DNA of 64,000 nucleotides from Takakia lepidozioides. Taxonomy: Eukaryota > Plantae > Bryophyta. Under the pieces are notes generated by a model that did no database searches, was not told the DNA's origin, and worked only from the letters and a program-made list of their open reading frames with translations. The position numbers and the translations under genes were made by a program. The stretch is taken from NCBI GenBank assembly GCA_030704615.1, contig CM060733.1, positions 60,140,001-60,204,000 on the forward strand, written 5' to 3'. The first letter of the stretch is position 1; each line of letters opens with the position of its first letter. Positions 35,020 to 47,617 of the stretch are shown here, one piece after another.

Positions 35020-35440
35020 TATAAGAGTAGAAGATCAATTCAATGGAACCAATTACCAGTCTTGGAAGTTTAGAATGGAAATGATTCTTCTAGACAAGGA
35101 CCCGTGGGGATTGATTGATGGGTCGTAGGTAGGACCTGATGATGCAGTTGGCCAAGCTTTATGGGATAGAAAAGATCAGAAGACTAGAGCTAACATCATA
35201 ATGAGCTTGAGAGACAATCAGATGAATGTAGTCATTGACGCTAAAAATTCGAAAGAGGTTTGGCATAAGCTAACACCTATTTCTATTTTTGAGACGAGGG
35301 ATGTAACGTAACGAGTGATTGCGACACAAAAGTTCTATGGTCTGAAGATGACCGAGTCTGACGGAATCAGTTGAACAAAATTTGAGTTTGTTCGGTGTCT
35401 TAAGAGACGACTTGAAATCTGTGGGAACTGTGATTCTGAT
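35020..35440 (+). pseudogene. gag: Copia gag N-terminal fragment
   Basis: FNGTNYQSWKFRMEMILLDKDPWGLIDG...WDRKDQKTRANIIMSL. Confidence 0.85.
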
Positions 35441-35444
35441 GAAC

Positions 35445-36383
35445 AGTTTTGGCTAGAACCACACCTCCGCAATTCCGCCCGGCCTGGCAGCCCGATTCAT
35501 CGCAGTTCCAAATCCGTGACGCATCGTAGTTGTACTTTTTGTAGATCAAGTCTAAATTAGTGTAGAATGATTCTACGTTCTCAGGGCAAAGCCCGCTTGC
35601 CCTCCCAGTTTCCAGCCTTTGTGCCACCCTCAAGGTCAAATGTCCATGTCTAGATCTGAACCATCTAATCCATCCAAAGCCTGGAATTCCTTGCTTAAAT
35701 GGTGTCTCTCGCTCTTGGGTTATTTCAGCCATCTTTAACCGGAGCTGTGTGAGTGTAAGAGGATGCCCAATCTCTTGCATGCGTTCGATATATTTCACCA
35801 GTAGATCCTCCTCAGCAGCAGTCAACGTGCCCTTGATGCCTCTACTACGTGTGGTCGTGATCCCATACACATGATTCCGAAGGCTAGAGGCAGGTATTCC
35901 GAATATCCTTGAAGCTGCTCTCAAGTGTTCTCCCCGATTCACGGCTGCCATGGCACCAGCTAATGCCTCGTTTGACCAGTTCCCATTCTTACGTTGTCTT
36001 GGAGCTTTTTTGGGTCTCCCACCCCGATTTCGAGCAGGTGCAGGTGCAGTAGTGTTGTCATTGGAGGTCTGGTCCACTGACACACGCTCTTCATTTGTAG
36101 ATCGATTCTCAACTAGACTTTCACGTAAGTTAGCATCTTGAGAACCCTGCCCAGCTGAGAACTGTACACTGCGATCCCATGGATCTTGGGCCCACTGAAA
36201 GTTGACATCTTTCTCACCTTCATCACTCTGACTACCCTCATGTGAATGCTTGTTGTTGTAATTTTGTCTCTCATCAGATTCATCGCTGGAATGGCTCTCT
36301 GTCTGTATCTCGTCATAAGCCACATCCTCCTCGGTATCCGGTAGCAACCTGAAAGCCTGCGAAAGTCTGAAATCTAGATCCAT
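35445..36383 (-). pseudogene. pogo/Fot1-type (Tc1/mariner superfamily) transposase, 3'-truncated: HTH-psq, CENP-B HTH and the start of the DDE domain
   Basis: WSNEALAGAMAAV..G..LRAASRIFGIPASSLRNH; LTAAEEDLLVKYI..M..IGHPLT; GWIRWFRSRH..L; RIWNCDESG. Confidence 0.88.
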
Positions 36384-36989
36384 GGTGGTGAAACTCTACA
36401 GGTGGAAATGTGAAAATATCTGAATTGCTACACTCATGGAACTCTTACGGATTGCACAGTGGAACCCTTGCACATCTGATTTGTGGCCAAGTGGGTCCGT
36501 GTTATACTTGGTATGAGAGTTTGAATGGTAGGCGCCACTCTGCTTAATTGGAGCAGCCGTATTTTGAATTGAGCAGCCACTACATTTAATTGGAGCAGCC
36601 GTCATGGCTATTACGAAGCGTTATCTTTCCCAAATTCACCCTAAACTTGTTTTAATAAGTGATTAAGGCATGCAAATCATGTTTATAGTTAACCTCCAAC
36701 TTTGCTATTAACCATCCTATAGAGCATACATTAATAACAAAAATACTGTACAATACAAGTCACAACCATATCCCTATATATAAGGACTTCTCTCCATTGA
36801 TGAACCTAAAACCAACCAATGAAAATAATGCATCCATTTAAGGACTTCATCAATCACATTTGCTCACAAATATAGGGGTCCATTTAAGGTCACGCACACA
36901 TTTAGGTGTTTGCACCTTAGCTACTCATTAGAAATAACCCGTCTTACTTGTAGTTTCGTTTTCAGCACATTGTACTACTAGGCAGAAGT

Positions 36990-38200
36990 ATGAGTGGTGC
37001 AGTCATTCAGGAGCATCTCAATATATGATTCCAGAAAGGAACACTTTCTTACATACAAACCTATATCTCCTTCCCAGTATGTTCTCTTGGGAGATGATAG
37101 CAAACACGTCAATAGTGGAGAAAGTACAATTTCACTTATGAGAGATTTGAGAAGTGCAAGGTGTACTATACGTACCTATCTTAATCAAAAACTTGTTGTT
37201 ATAGAGGAAGATAGTTGATGCTGGATATAAAGTGCTATTCCAGAAAGATTGTTTCATGAAGGTCAAGTAGTAGCACAAGCATCTCTTTTAGACAATGGTC
37301 TATATAGACTGGAAAATCAAAGTTCTAGTGCCCTTGCAACCTATTCACAGAGACGGGATCAAGACTAGTCATGTCAGAACCGAGTTATGGCATAGACAAT
37401 TGGGACATGTGAGCATCAACAAGTTGAGACAGATGAAACAGTCAACTTCTTTTGTAGAAGGACTATCATTGAAAAATGTCACCAACCTTGATCTATGTAA
37501 AGGTTGCATAGAAGGGAAACAACATAGAACTCAGATTCCTAGTGATGGTGGATGAATAACCATAAACATCCTGGAAATGATACATTCTGATGTATGCGGA
37601 CCAATGCTAACTAAGTCCTTTGGAAGAGTCATAGAGAAATTCAAGGAGTTCAAAGTTTTGCAGAAAAACAAACAGGAAAGGTCTCGAAGATTCTCAGATC
37701 CGACAACGAAGCAGAGTTCATCTCAAAGGATATGAGAAGAATAGGAGGATTTGAATGTTATTCCCTATCAAAGTGCGGTTGGGAGTTTGATGTACTGCAT
37801 GGTTTCTAATAGGTTAGACATTGCCTCAGAGGAACGACATCATCTGGCATAGTTTACGGCGGAAAGAAGAGTCCAAAGTTGGTTGGATTTACAGATGCAG
37901 ATTGGGCATGATCTATTGATAGTAAAAGATGTACTTCAGGCCATTGCTTTGTTCTAACATGTGGCGTGGTGTCTTGGTCTAGCAAACGACAAACTTCAAC
38001 AATTTTTTCATCAACAGAAGCTGAGTACATATCAGTTACACAAGCAGCAAAAGGAGCTGTTTGGTTGCGGAAGCTATTTGGAGATGTGGGGCACCTACAG
38101 CCGCACCTTAGCTCGGGAGATTGTAGGCAAAGGAGAAATTGAAATGGTCTACTGCCCTACAGAAGACATGATGGCTGATGTATTGACAAAGAGCTTCTAT
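36990..38200 (+). pseudogene. pol: Copia pol remnants (PR, GAG-pre-integrase, IN, RT end, RNase H) with large deletions
   Basis: SGASQ; LWHRQLGH...CKGCIEGKQHR; IHSDVCGPM; LRSDN; PYQSAVGSLMY; GFTDADW; STEAEY; YCPTEDMMADVLTK. Confidence 0.88.
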
Positions 38201-38390
38201 ACAATCTTCTTTCATCTTTGGAAGGTTCAGATTACAGATTACGTGTATCACTGAGTGAGGGTGTTGGAAAAGATGGAAAAGAGCTCCATAATCTACAACT
38301 TGACTTGTAGATAAAGTTAGACACATTAAAAATAACTCTCAATTTTTGTCTTAAAGTTAAAGCTAGTCCATTATGGGACTACTTAACATA

Positions 38391-39101
38391 CTTGCCTAAT
38401 AATTATTTTTGGGGCCATTTGGCAGTTAGGCACTTTCGAGATTTTTTTTTCAAATTAGGCATCTTGGATGTGTAATTTTTTCAAATTAGGCAACTAAAAA
38501 CAATGATCACAAAATGAAAATGCAAAAATACAACCGCTGCCATGGATGAAAATTGAAAACTGAGTCCATGAATGACGTTTAAAATGAAAACTCAGCTGTT
38601 GTCTATCATCTACGGGCCCCACTGCCCTAACAGCTTTCATATGCCTTTTTTGTTATGGAAGATGTCCCAGATATCTATCTTGATCTCACTGTAGTTGATA
38701 GCATGAGTAGATGTTTGGCAAATCTGCATATTGTAGACGAAGAGCTTCCTAATCTCAATGATAGTTGAGAGTCCGAAGGAGAGCTTGGATACGAGGCTAA
38801 TTATGATGAGATAGTTGAGTCAATGCAATGACCTATGGAGATTATCTGGAGCTAGTATAAGCATCAAATAGTATGAAGTAGAAGTTGGATAGCATTTTTA
38901 GATTGTTTTCTATTTTAAATTTATTTTTATAATTTAAATTCAAGTTTTTATTCCATTAGGCTCTTTTAGAGAGAATTTTGAAAATTAGGCACTCTTTGAA
39001 GATAATTTTTTAAAAATTAGGCACTCTCCTAAAAAATAATTTATTTGGATTAGGCACGTTTTTTTGAATTAATTTCTGCCTAACCGGCTATCTCACTACG
39101 G
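38391..39101. mobile_element. MITE-like insertion in the Copia 3' LTR (TA target)
   Basis: Absent from the 5' LTR, which reads ...CTTAACA-CATATAGTAAA. Flanked by TA, right end ...CACTACGG, with repeated ATTAGGCA/TGCCTAA motifs at both ends. Confidence 0.7.
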
Positions 39102-41161
39102 TATATAGTAAAAGTACTAAAAGGCAAGTCTTATTGATTGCTTTAAGCCTAGCTAGAACTATATAAGAGCTGGGGGTGAAGCCACAGATCAATTGTTCAC
39201 GCTGTGTGCCTCTATGGTTGGGTGGAGAGCTTCTATACAATCCTTTTCTGTTGTTCTATCTACGTTTTCAACAAGATAGACCTCTCAACTTCGGATAGGG
39301 ATTATATTGGTGCCGATAAGCTAGCTGTACCATATTGGGAGCAACATGCCAACGTGGATCAAGATGCTGGCAGAGCACAACGCTCCCAATGGAGTTGACC
39401 TGAGGCTTGTACCTGTGGTCAAAAGGAGCATGTATCCCCATTTTGTTGAAAGGAGAGCTGGCAGCAAGCCTGTGATGGTCACCCGGTGATCCTTACGTTT
39501 CTCGAGCGACCTTTTCCCTGAAGCGTGCTCTTGCCCTGGCAGAAATCTCACAAGTTGTCACTTATCATAAGCTGGGGTCACTACGCAAGTTTCCGTTGCT
39601 ACACAATCGACTACACCGTTCTACCGGATTGAGGGAACTGCTAAGATTGCACAACCTAGATCCCGTCCACTGTGTACTTCAAGCGGAGCATGCACAATGG
39701 GAATTTGCGCGAGACAAGAACTTGATCGCCCCAGATAAGAGATTTAGAAACAGAGACAACGTTTTTGCAGATGAAGACCTGTAGAGCTACATTGCTATGG
39801 AATGTATACGAGAGGTTCACAAACAGGTATGGAGTCCGATGTAACTAATTGAAACCATGACGATAACTTATCCACCTCCTCTCTTATGGCTCTTTTCCCT
39901 TAACGTAATACATATGTGAGACTTACATGTACATAGCTCTGAAAGAATATGAAGGAAGGAGCTCTGTAAGTACCAAAAAGAGAAAGAAACGTTATCATAT
40001 CCACGGAAATCCGAAAGCACTTGCTTGTGCGTAAGAGAGAAACGAAATGACGTGAAATGGAACTTTATACCGTCCCCAGAAAGCTCAAAGTGCTAATGGA
40101 CAAAAGGAAAGCAAGAAGCAAGAACGAAAAAAGACAAGAGTGCGAAGCCAGAAGCAGCCCAAAAGCAACTACTGCTCAAGAGATTGTCTAGGGTTCAAAG
40201 CTTCTGCTGAGAGAAAAAGTTCGGGGAAAATGTTAGACTGGGCTATCAAAGAACATCTCCATAGATGTTTGTTATGCCGGGGTTTTTCGTCGGAATGACT
40301 TCAAGCAATGCAAGTACATGAGAGGGAAGGGGACTCTACATTACTGAGTGCATGTGAACGTTGGCTATGGGGTTGTCAGTCCCCACTAGACACTAATCAT
40401 AATATCATAGTGTCCTAAGAGACATTCATGGTCATGTCATCATTGGAGCTTATCCTGTAGGTGATCCACTGCACATTCAAGCTAATAGCTATGTGAATCT
40501 AAAACTCTATTTTCAAGATTATGGATCCTGCAGGACTTCCCACAGTGGACAACAAGGTTGGTTGAGCTGCCCTTCCCACTACTTACAGGTACATGTGTTT
40601 ATAGAAAGCTGCAAATTTATTTCTCTCATCTACAGGGCTAACAACAAGTAGGTTTCAGTGAGGTCCGGGGCCCTTCCTGGCTGTTACAAGTTAGTTGGAG
40701 ACATACTAGTCATAAGAAAGGTAAAGGCACTTATTGAGACTTTAGTCAGGTTGCTTAAGACATGTATCATCATGTAATTGCTCATAGGAGAGCCCATATG
40801 CATAATCAGCTCTATCAATTGGTCTAAGGCAATATTTGCCAGGTATAACTTTTGGAGTACAAGTAAAGGCAGCTACTTGCTCTGCTTCTGATGATCCAAT
40901 TGATTTACAGGCTGGCACATTGTGGAAATCCAACTATGGATCTGTCACCAATGTCAATCCTGGTCGTGGCCGCTTTCCAACACACCTGGGGGGGGGGGGG
41001 GGGAGTTCGTAGATGTATTTTACCTTGTAAGATTATTGAATCTCAGGATATCACCACTAGATATTGATCAAGCTTCAATCAATTTTAAGCTCAAAAGTTT
41101 ATCCTGGCACACAGAACTGTGCCTTCAAAATAAGGGCTCCAGCTCTGTCGTATACCTTTGC

Positions 41162-43300
41162 TCATGGTGGACATGGGCGAGTTATCATCCAGTAGGCACG
41201 CCGATTGCATGAATGCTCAGCATCTGGAGAATTAAGTAGCACAGGAACCCTGTGTGAAAATCTGGAAACCTCCTCCGGAGGAAGCCAGATGGATGGGGAG
41301 TCTTCCTTTGTCCACAAATTTGTATAACCATCCTCCTTCACTAAAGGAGCTGTAATGATTCCTGTGCACTCACAGTACTCGCTTAAGACTTCCGCCAGGT
41401 TGTAACTAGGAGCTGGTTTCTTCAAGTTGAAGTCCTCTTCCTCAGAGTGAACCAACTTTTCCCAGTCACCATATAAGGCCCAGACCTCTCCTTTTCTAGG
41501 GTAAATCTCATATATCCCTCCAGTCTGGACCTCCTCTTGCATTAAGTGGGACAACATTTCCATCTGTACAGCTAGAACAACATGCTCTGTACTCACAAAT
41601 TGTCCGCAAGTCAGTGGGAGCGTTGTGGCTGGCTGAAGTGTAGGTAACCCTGTCGAAGGATGATATGGCGTCAACCAGCTGACCCAAGTCGTAGTAGGAG
41701 TATCTAAAATGCGCACAATGAGAGCATATGCACGGGCAATCCCATTCTGGTCATTAATCATTGCCCAAATTTGGCCAGGTGATAGAGGGGGAAGAGCAGC
41801 AGACGTTGGTGTCACCCTGCTGCAAGTCTCTCTCGGGCTCCCTTGGGTTTCCGTTTGCACCCTCCCTTGAGGAGTTTCCTCTATAGGAGCTGTCACTGAA
41901 TAGTACTGTCCCGGTTTTTGTTTGGATAAGAGTGCGTGTTTAGAAAGCTCATCGTCGGAGTACCCCTCTGATGAGACACCATTACTATGGCCACCAGCAG
42001 ACCTCACATCCTGATGATCATTCTTCTGGACGCTATTCATTGATATGTCCCAACCATCGCTCCTCGCGTTACTCTCTGCAGGGTGCCAAAAACTTATTCC
42101 ATTTGATTTGGTGGACTTCTGTAACTGGTACGTTCCTCCTCATTGGACTCTTCGGGATCACTGATGCTGTCTGTTGGCCTGCAGTTTCGTCCTCTACCCT
42201 CAGTACTTTCTGGTGCAGGCCCCATCTTGGCTGAAGAGGCATTCTCTCTTCAGTGTGGACGTGGCCCGCATTAGAAACATCATCTGCATTGATATCGGTC
42301 ACATCATTAGGCAGACACTCCTCTTGAGTTGGGGTGCACACAGGGTCGAGCTCCCAACAGCCCTCCGGCACACCGACCCACTCCTTGCCGCTCATTTGAT
42401 GGGCAGGTATTTGATAAGAAAATGCATGGAGGTCTGGACGTCGCAGGCAAGTTGGTGAACCGATCCCTGCAATGTTCCACAAGTTCTCGAAACCTCCCAC
42501 CTTGACTAAAGGCCAAATAAGAACGCCATCTTTCTCACAGAAATCGGTTATGACTGCTACAACGTCATATTTATGATGTATAAGCTCAGGCCCCTCCTGT
42601 TGTGAATGTGGCCAGTGGTGATAGAAATCCTCCAGGTCGTGTGTATGCAGTAGCCCTCCTCTTTCTAGGGGCGTGGGCCACTCATCTGATGGCATTCACA
42701 GCCCACACTTCTCCTGCACGAGGGTAGATGTCAACTGGCCCCTTCTTCCCGGTGTCGACTTGCAGTTGGTGAGAGAACATTGTGGCGTTGTCATATGCGG
42801 CATCGGTGCCGCATTTGAACTTGCCACAAGTGATGGGAAAGCCCGTTTTATATCGAAAGAATGATGCATCTTCCGATGCAGCATGAGGTCTTTGCCATTT
42901 GATCCAGACCTTAAACGCAGGAACATGGGAGATCTTCATAATTCTCACATAGATGCGGGGTTTCGCATCTATCTCGTCAGACAGCGCCCAAATTTGCTTG
43001 GGCTTGAATGTACTTAGCCGACGGTGAGCGGCAAAATCATATAAAGTTATTTTGTCGTGCTGCCTGCTCGGGTTCTCAAGAGGAGTAGGAGTCCTGGGGA
43101 GATGAGAAAAGCCACAGCCTTCGTCTCTCTCCTCTCTATGTGTACTCCTGCAAGCTACCGCCAGGCCGCCATCACACATGTCATCCTCCCGGCGCAAATT
43201 TCTTGTGGCACTCCGGAGGTCAAAGGAAGCCTCATTCAGTCACTGCATATCGTTGGCACATGTTTCCTCTTCGCCCCCACTCCACTGATCATCGGCTCAT
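41162..43300 (-). pseudogene. Double-DUF3444 protein gene, copy A (frameshifted)
   Basis: FKPKQIWALSDEIDAKPRIYVRI, DIYPRAGEVWA, YDVVAV, CWELDP; second domain PGQIWA...EIYPRKGEVWALY...RFSHRVP. Split into three ORFs by short deletions relative to copy B. Confidence 0.8.
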
Positions 43301-44704
43301 CATCAGAGATCTGTATGTACATGCATGCATCTGTACTGTTAGAAACTACATTAGCGGCCATAATTTCTTGGTGGCAATGACTCGTTACCTTCGCCGATGA
43401 TTCAGAGCAAATCATAGATCTTTGTGTACAGATTCAGACATTGAAAGATAATTGGGTTCCTTGTGATTGACAAGTGGCCAGACCATTTGTATATAAGAGT
43501 GAGTTCAAAGCATCTTCTCAAATGGTAATATCTATAGGATGAATTCAGTGTGGTTTATTGAAACTTTGCTCATCGCAATGTGACGCTCCTTGTGCACAAC
43601 TCTCTTTCACAAGCTGTAGAGTATTCTTCTTTTCAAATTCTACTCTGGCGGACTTTGAATGTTAACATGCTATGGGCGCACACTATGTATGAGTAGAGAA
43701 GTTTGAAGGGAGAGAAATTCTTACATGCTATGGAAGCTCAAGATGGAGGAGAAGGTGAATATCGATCACTCTAAATCTGGTTAATGAATACAATCAATTC
43801 GTGATTTAGAGCGCATCAATTGAGTATTCTTCTTTTCAAATTCTACCTATGGCGGACTAGAGCTGAAAGCTCACAAGTAAGTACTATACTCTGAGCCCAA
43901 TGAATTAATCAGCAATATAGGCTCTTGAAAAGCACTGGCTGAAGGGACGTGGATAGGGATTATAAGCACCCTTGGAACAACAAATCTACCTCCAGGTGAT
44001 GGATGCTTGAGTAGCTAGCTAATCATGAATTAACATTGCAACTTATGTGCATGTACGCAGAGGTGAACAGCAGGGCAAATTGAACAAATCTATGAGCTCA
44101 CACCGACAAGTATCTAGACATCGTGCTCAATAAAGGAAAGTCTAACTAGGCAGAAGCTGTCACCTCTCTTCCAATCGTTCGTCTTCTCCACAGCCGGATC
44201 ATTGTCAAAAAAAAAAATTCTGTTTTCTTGGGTACTGTCGAACCCCCTTGAAACATTATACCGTGGAGAACTGACATTTTCAAAAAGGCACTTCCAGGTC
44301 CAATGGTGCTTGTGAGGAGGGGGCCGCCTACGAATCGACCAGTTTGCTGGCTCAAACGTCTCCATGATGATCTCTGGATCGGTCAAACTTGACTTGGAGG
44401 CCGGGGCGGTGGAAGCCCAATACGTCTGCTAGCACAGGTACCTGTGGTGAATCTCCACAACGTTGTGGAGCGGACGAAGCAGTCCTGAATTCACAACAAG
44501 GCCGCAGAAACGTGAACGCTGAAAAACCACACGAGATGTGAAGAGGGACTGTGTATGGCAGCGACGCCAACCGCTGCCCAGGAAGATGTGTTCTTTGTCT
44601 TTGCAAGTTTTTCATCCACTGGATGGTACTCTCTGTTTAACGTCTTGGGTTCGGGCCGCACCTTGTTGGTTTTTTCTTTTTTTTTTCATAAAGGGACGGA
44701 GCCC

Positions 44705-45205
44705 TGTAATGGCCAGATTCCTTCCATCTACCTTTTTGTCATTGGATGAACAGACGATTGGATGATGACCGTTGAAAAAGGGTTTGGATGAAACAGCTGG
44801 AGACAATCTATTTCTAAACTAAGTATTGTCTTTTGTTAACAGCTAGTTTATCTCTAAATTAGAATGAGGTGGCGTCCTATCTGGACAGACACCTGGATGG
44901 CATTCAGGTGACCAATCAAGGCATGTCATTTGGTCAGATAAGATTGTGGGCCTTCGTTTATAAAAAGGATTAACACGACGCTTAAGGCAGCGGTGTACGT
45001 TTGGTGTGAAACCCTATTGTACATGTGTGTGAGTTTTGGATGAAAGGGCCGTGAATAAGGATGTGTTGTTAGGTTGGGTGAGTGATTCTGTCTCCTCTGC
45101 GTTGGATCCTGCCTATCTCGCTAGCCTGCTTTACCGAGCATACATTCCCCTTATAGCTCGATACCCCGAGAGGAAGAGGAATAACGGGGTGGGCGAGAAT
45201 CTTGG
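44705..45205 (+). repeat. 5' LTR (last ~7 nt missing at the PBS junction)
   Basis: Matches 52191-52686 but lacks the terminal CTTTACA. Confidence 0.88.
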
Positions 45206-45213
45206 TGGAGATG
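45203..45213 (+). promoter_or_regulatory. PBS, tRNA-Ala-like
   Basis: TGGTGGAGATG is complementary to the plant tRNA-Ala 3' end (...CATCTCCACCA). Confidence 0.65.
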
Positions 45214-45381
45214 GGGCTGCAGGATTTCATTAATCATTAGCTGCACATTCTTTTTGGTACGACAGGTAGCTGTACGCTGACACTGTTACCATGGCGGCGC
45301 TCTACTGTTTCAGTTCTCGCTCGTGTTTTTGCTTGCTCCTGGCTTTCACGGTATCTGCTTATACTTCTGCAAACTGCAACG

Positions 45382-46308
45382 ATGGCCTCGTCTTCTGATC
45401 CTTTCACTGCCGCTGAGCTCAAGGAGTACAAGGACACTCCTACTGGTCATTTTGAGTCGATTTTCGCTAGCATTGTGCGTGCTTCGGTTGATCCTAGTCT
45501 GGTGGTTGAAGTTGATTATCCGCCCCTTGGTGCAGCTATTGAACGCCCTGAATTAGTCCTTGACACCCCTTCTGATCACTGGGTGGCTCAGTTTGAGTTG
45601 ACTGCTGCGTTGGAGGGTTTGAAGCCCACACGCACACCGCAAAAAGAAGCGGAGCAGCGGCAGAAGTGTATCCAGGCCTTTGAAGGGGCCTGAGCGGCCA
45701 AGGCCCTGCAGCGACTCTTTGCTGCGGAGATAGCTCGCAAGCTTCCACTACTTGAGACAAAAGATAAACTCTTGAAGGGTTGCCGACTATCGTGGGCTGA
45801 ACTAGGTATTCCGCAATTCACCGTCGCTGGGGAGGCTGGCGAGTGTGAGAACTTCATTCCGCCCAATTTGCCCAGTGCTCATCGTCTGTGGGAGCTGGTA
45901 AAAGGTGGCAGTTCGCTTGTCTTGGCCAACCTGCGGCCTACCTGGAAACCTGACTACAATGTGGACATCACTTGGGATGACCATGTCGCAGGCATTCCCG
46001 TCTCTCGTTTTCCTCATATTGTGCATGATATTTTGATTTTCCCTGCTCTTGTGTTTAGATAGGAACGATTGGGTTACTACTTGCCTGGCTTTCCTGTTAC
46101 TGATTATCCAGTGCACACACTGCTTGCCAAGGAAAAGCTTATTCGCTCCATAGTTCGTGTGGCTTTCTGGCTCAAAGTGGACGAAGAGTTGTGGCACTTT
46201 CTGGATGAAGGTGTTTGCATGCTTCACAAACACCGGTTCGTAAGTGGCTATTGTATCAAGGACTGGGAGTCCAAATTGCGTCCTGCACAAACCTCCAGTA
46301 GAAGGTAA
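45382..46308 (+). pseudogene. Extra ORF upstream of gag (about 308 codons, two in-frame stops), function unknown
   Basis: ORFs starting at 45382, 45772 and 46069 share one frame and are separated only by TGA (45691) and TAG (46060). Confidence 0.7.
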
Positions 46309-46559
46309 CCACTTTGTTTTAAAAAATTAAAAAATTAAAAAATTAAAAAAAAAACCTGACCAACTACAATGCCTATCTACTAGGTCTGGCAAGGAGCCAT
46401 GGAATGTGCTAGATGAGTTGCATGATGTGGATCTTACTGATGCTGTGAAAGATGATGATGATGCTCTTCCTGACCTATGTCTGAAACTTTGTCTCTAGAG
46501 GAGCCACGGCCAGGTGCTAACACCAGTCCGACCCAGGGGTCCCTCCAGCCTCTGGTAAT

Positions 46560-47592
46560 GTGCCTAACCTCAATATTCAGGGCATTTGTGATGCTATGGC
46601 TACGCTATCTAGTTGTCCAGCTCTTATGCAACTCTTTTTGGATAAACAAGTAGGTTCGCCTTCAGTTACCACGCTCAAGGATGTTCATCGTGCTCACAAA
46701 CAGCCTTATCCTGACTATGAGGTAGGCCAAGACTTTGACAACTTTCTCAATTTTTTCGAGATGAGTGTCAAATTCAATGAGCTGCCAGCTTCTATGATTA
46801 CTGATTCCTTTCATTTTTGTCTCAAAGGTGAGGCTCGTGACCTCTTTGAAGGTAGTATCAAGGATCAGGGTGACTTGCGATGGGGAGTGGCCAAGCAGTT
46901 GGCGCTTCAGTTGTTTCGTGCATACATACCCATCAATTACACCATGCCCGATCGTCCTTATCAACCTGGTGAGAGTATTTGGAAATACTATACTGACATG
47001 AAAACCACGGTGGTCAAGGCCATTCCGGTACCCTCTGAACGTACTGCCATTCTTAAAACCTACTTCATTACTGGATTGTCTGCCTCTGATCAAGTCTACC
47101 TACAAGCATCCTTATCGCAATGAGAGGCATATGGTAGAGATGATGGATGAGCGCATGTGGTTTAAGAATGCTAAACTAGACAAAGGTTGTCAGCCTATTG
47201 TTCATTCTGCTCCTCAGCAGATTTCCGACTGTTCTCATGGGATTGCCATGATTAAGGGTGGCTCTACAGAGGCCTCTCCTACATTGCTGGAGGAAGTTAA
47301 AAATCTACAACAAGAGCTGCATACTCAGCTTCAGGCTGTGAGGGCAGAAGGATCCTGGAGGGCTGCACCTGTCAAGCCTCCTCCGGCTTACTCTCATCGT
47401 GGCCACACTCAGACTGACCCACGGTATGAGGTACAAGGTAAACGTGTGGCCTGTTTCATTTGTGGGTCCCTGGAGCACTGGACTCGTTTCTGCACTTATG
47501 CCGCTCTTGTCCCTGGTATGATTGAAGAACACAAACGCATTCAACGTGAACAGCGGGGCAAACAGCCTTTAAACGAACCCGATCGCTTGTGA
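46560..47592 (+). pseudogene. gag: gag
   Basis: FDNFLNFFE...FHFCLKGEARDLF, QPGESIWKYY, FITGL, and zinc knuckle CFICGSLEHWTRFC. One frameshift. Confidence 0.85.
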
Positions 47593-47617
47593 AGGGGCCA
47601 AGCGGTCATTCTCCCCT
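47568..47617 (+). promoter_or_regulatory. -1 programmed ribosomal frameshift signal (T TTA AAC plus a predicted H-type pseudoknot)
   Basis: The heptamer is in the gag frame and pol is in the -1 frame. A 6-nt spacer precedes stem GATCGCTTG (47581-47589)/CAAGCGGTC (47599-47607). Loop AGGGG can pair with CCCCT (47613-47617). Confidence 0.8.

Larger units (their letters stand above)
33975..39273 (+). mobile_element. Ty1/Copia LTR retrotransposon, internally deleted, with nested elements
   Basis: LTRs at 33975-34188 and 38262-39273 (TGTTG...CAACA). Exact TSD AGATA at 33970-33974 and 39274-39278. tRNA-iMet PBS TGGTATCAGAGC. PPT GAGTGAGGG. Confidence 0.93.
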
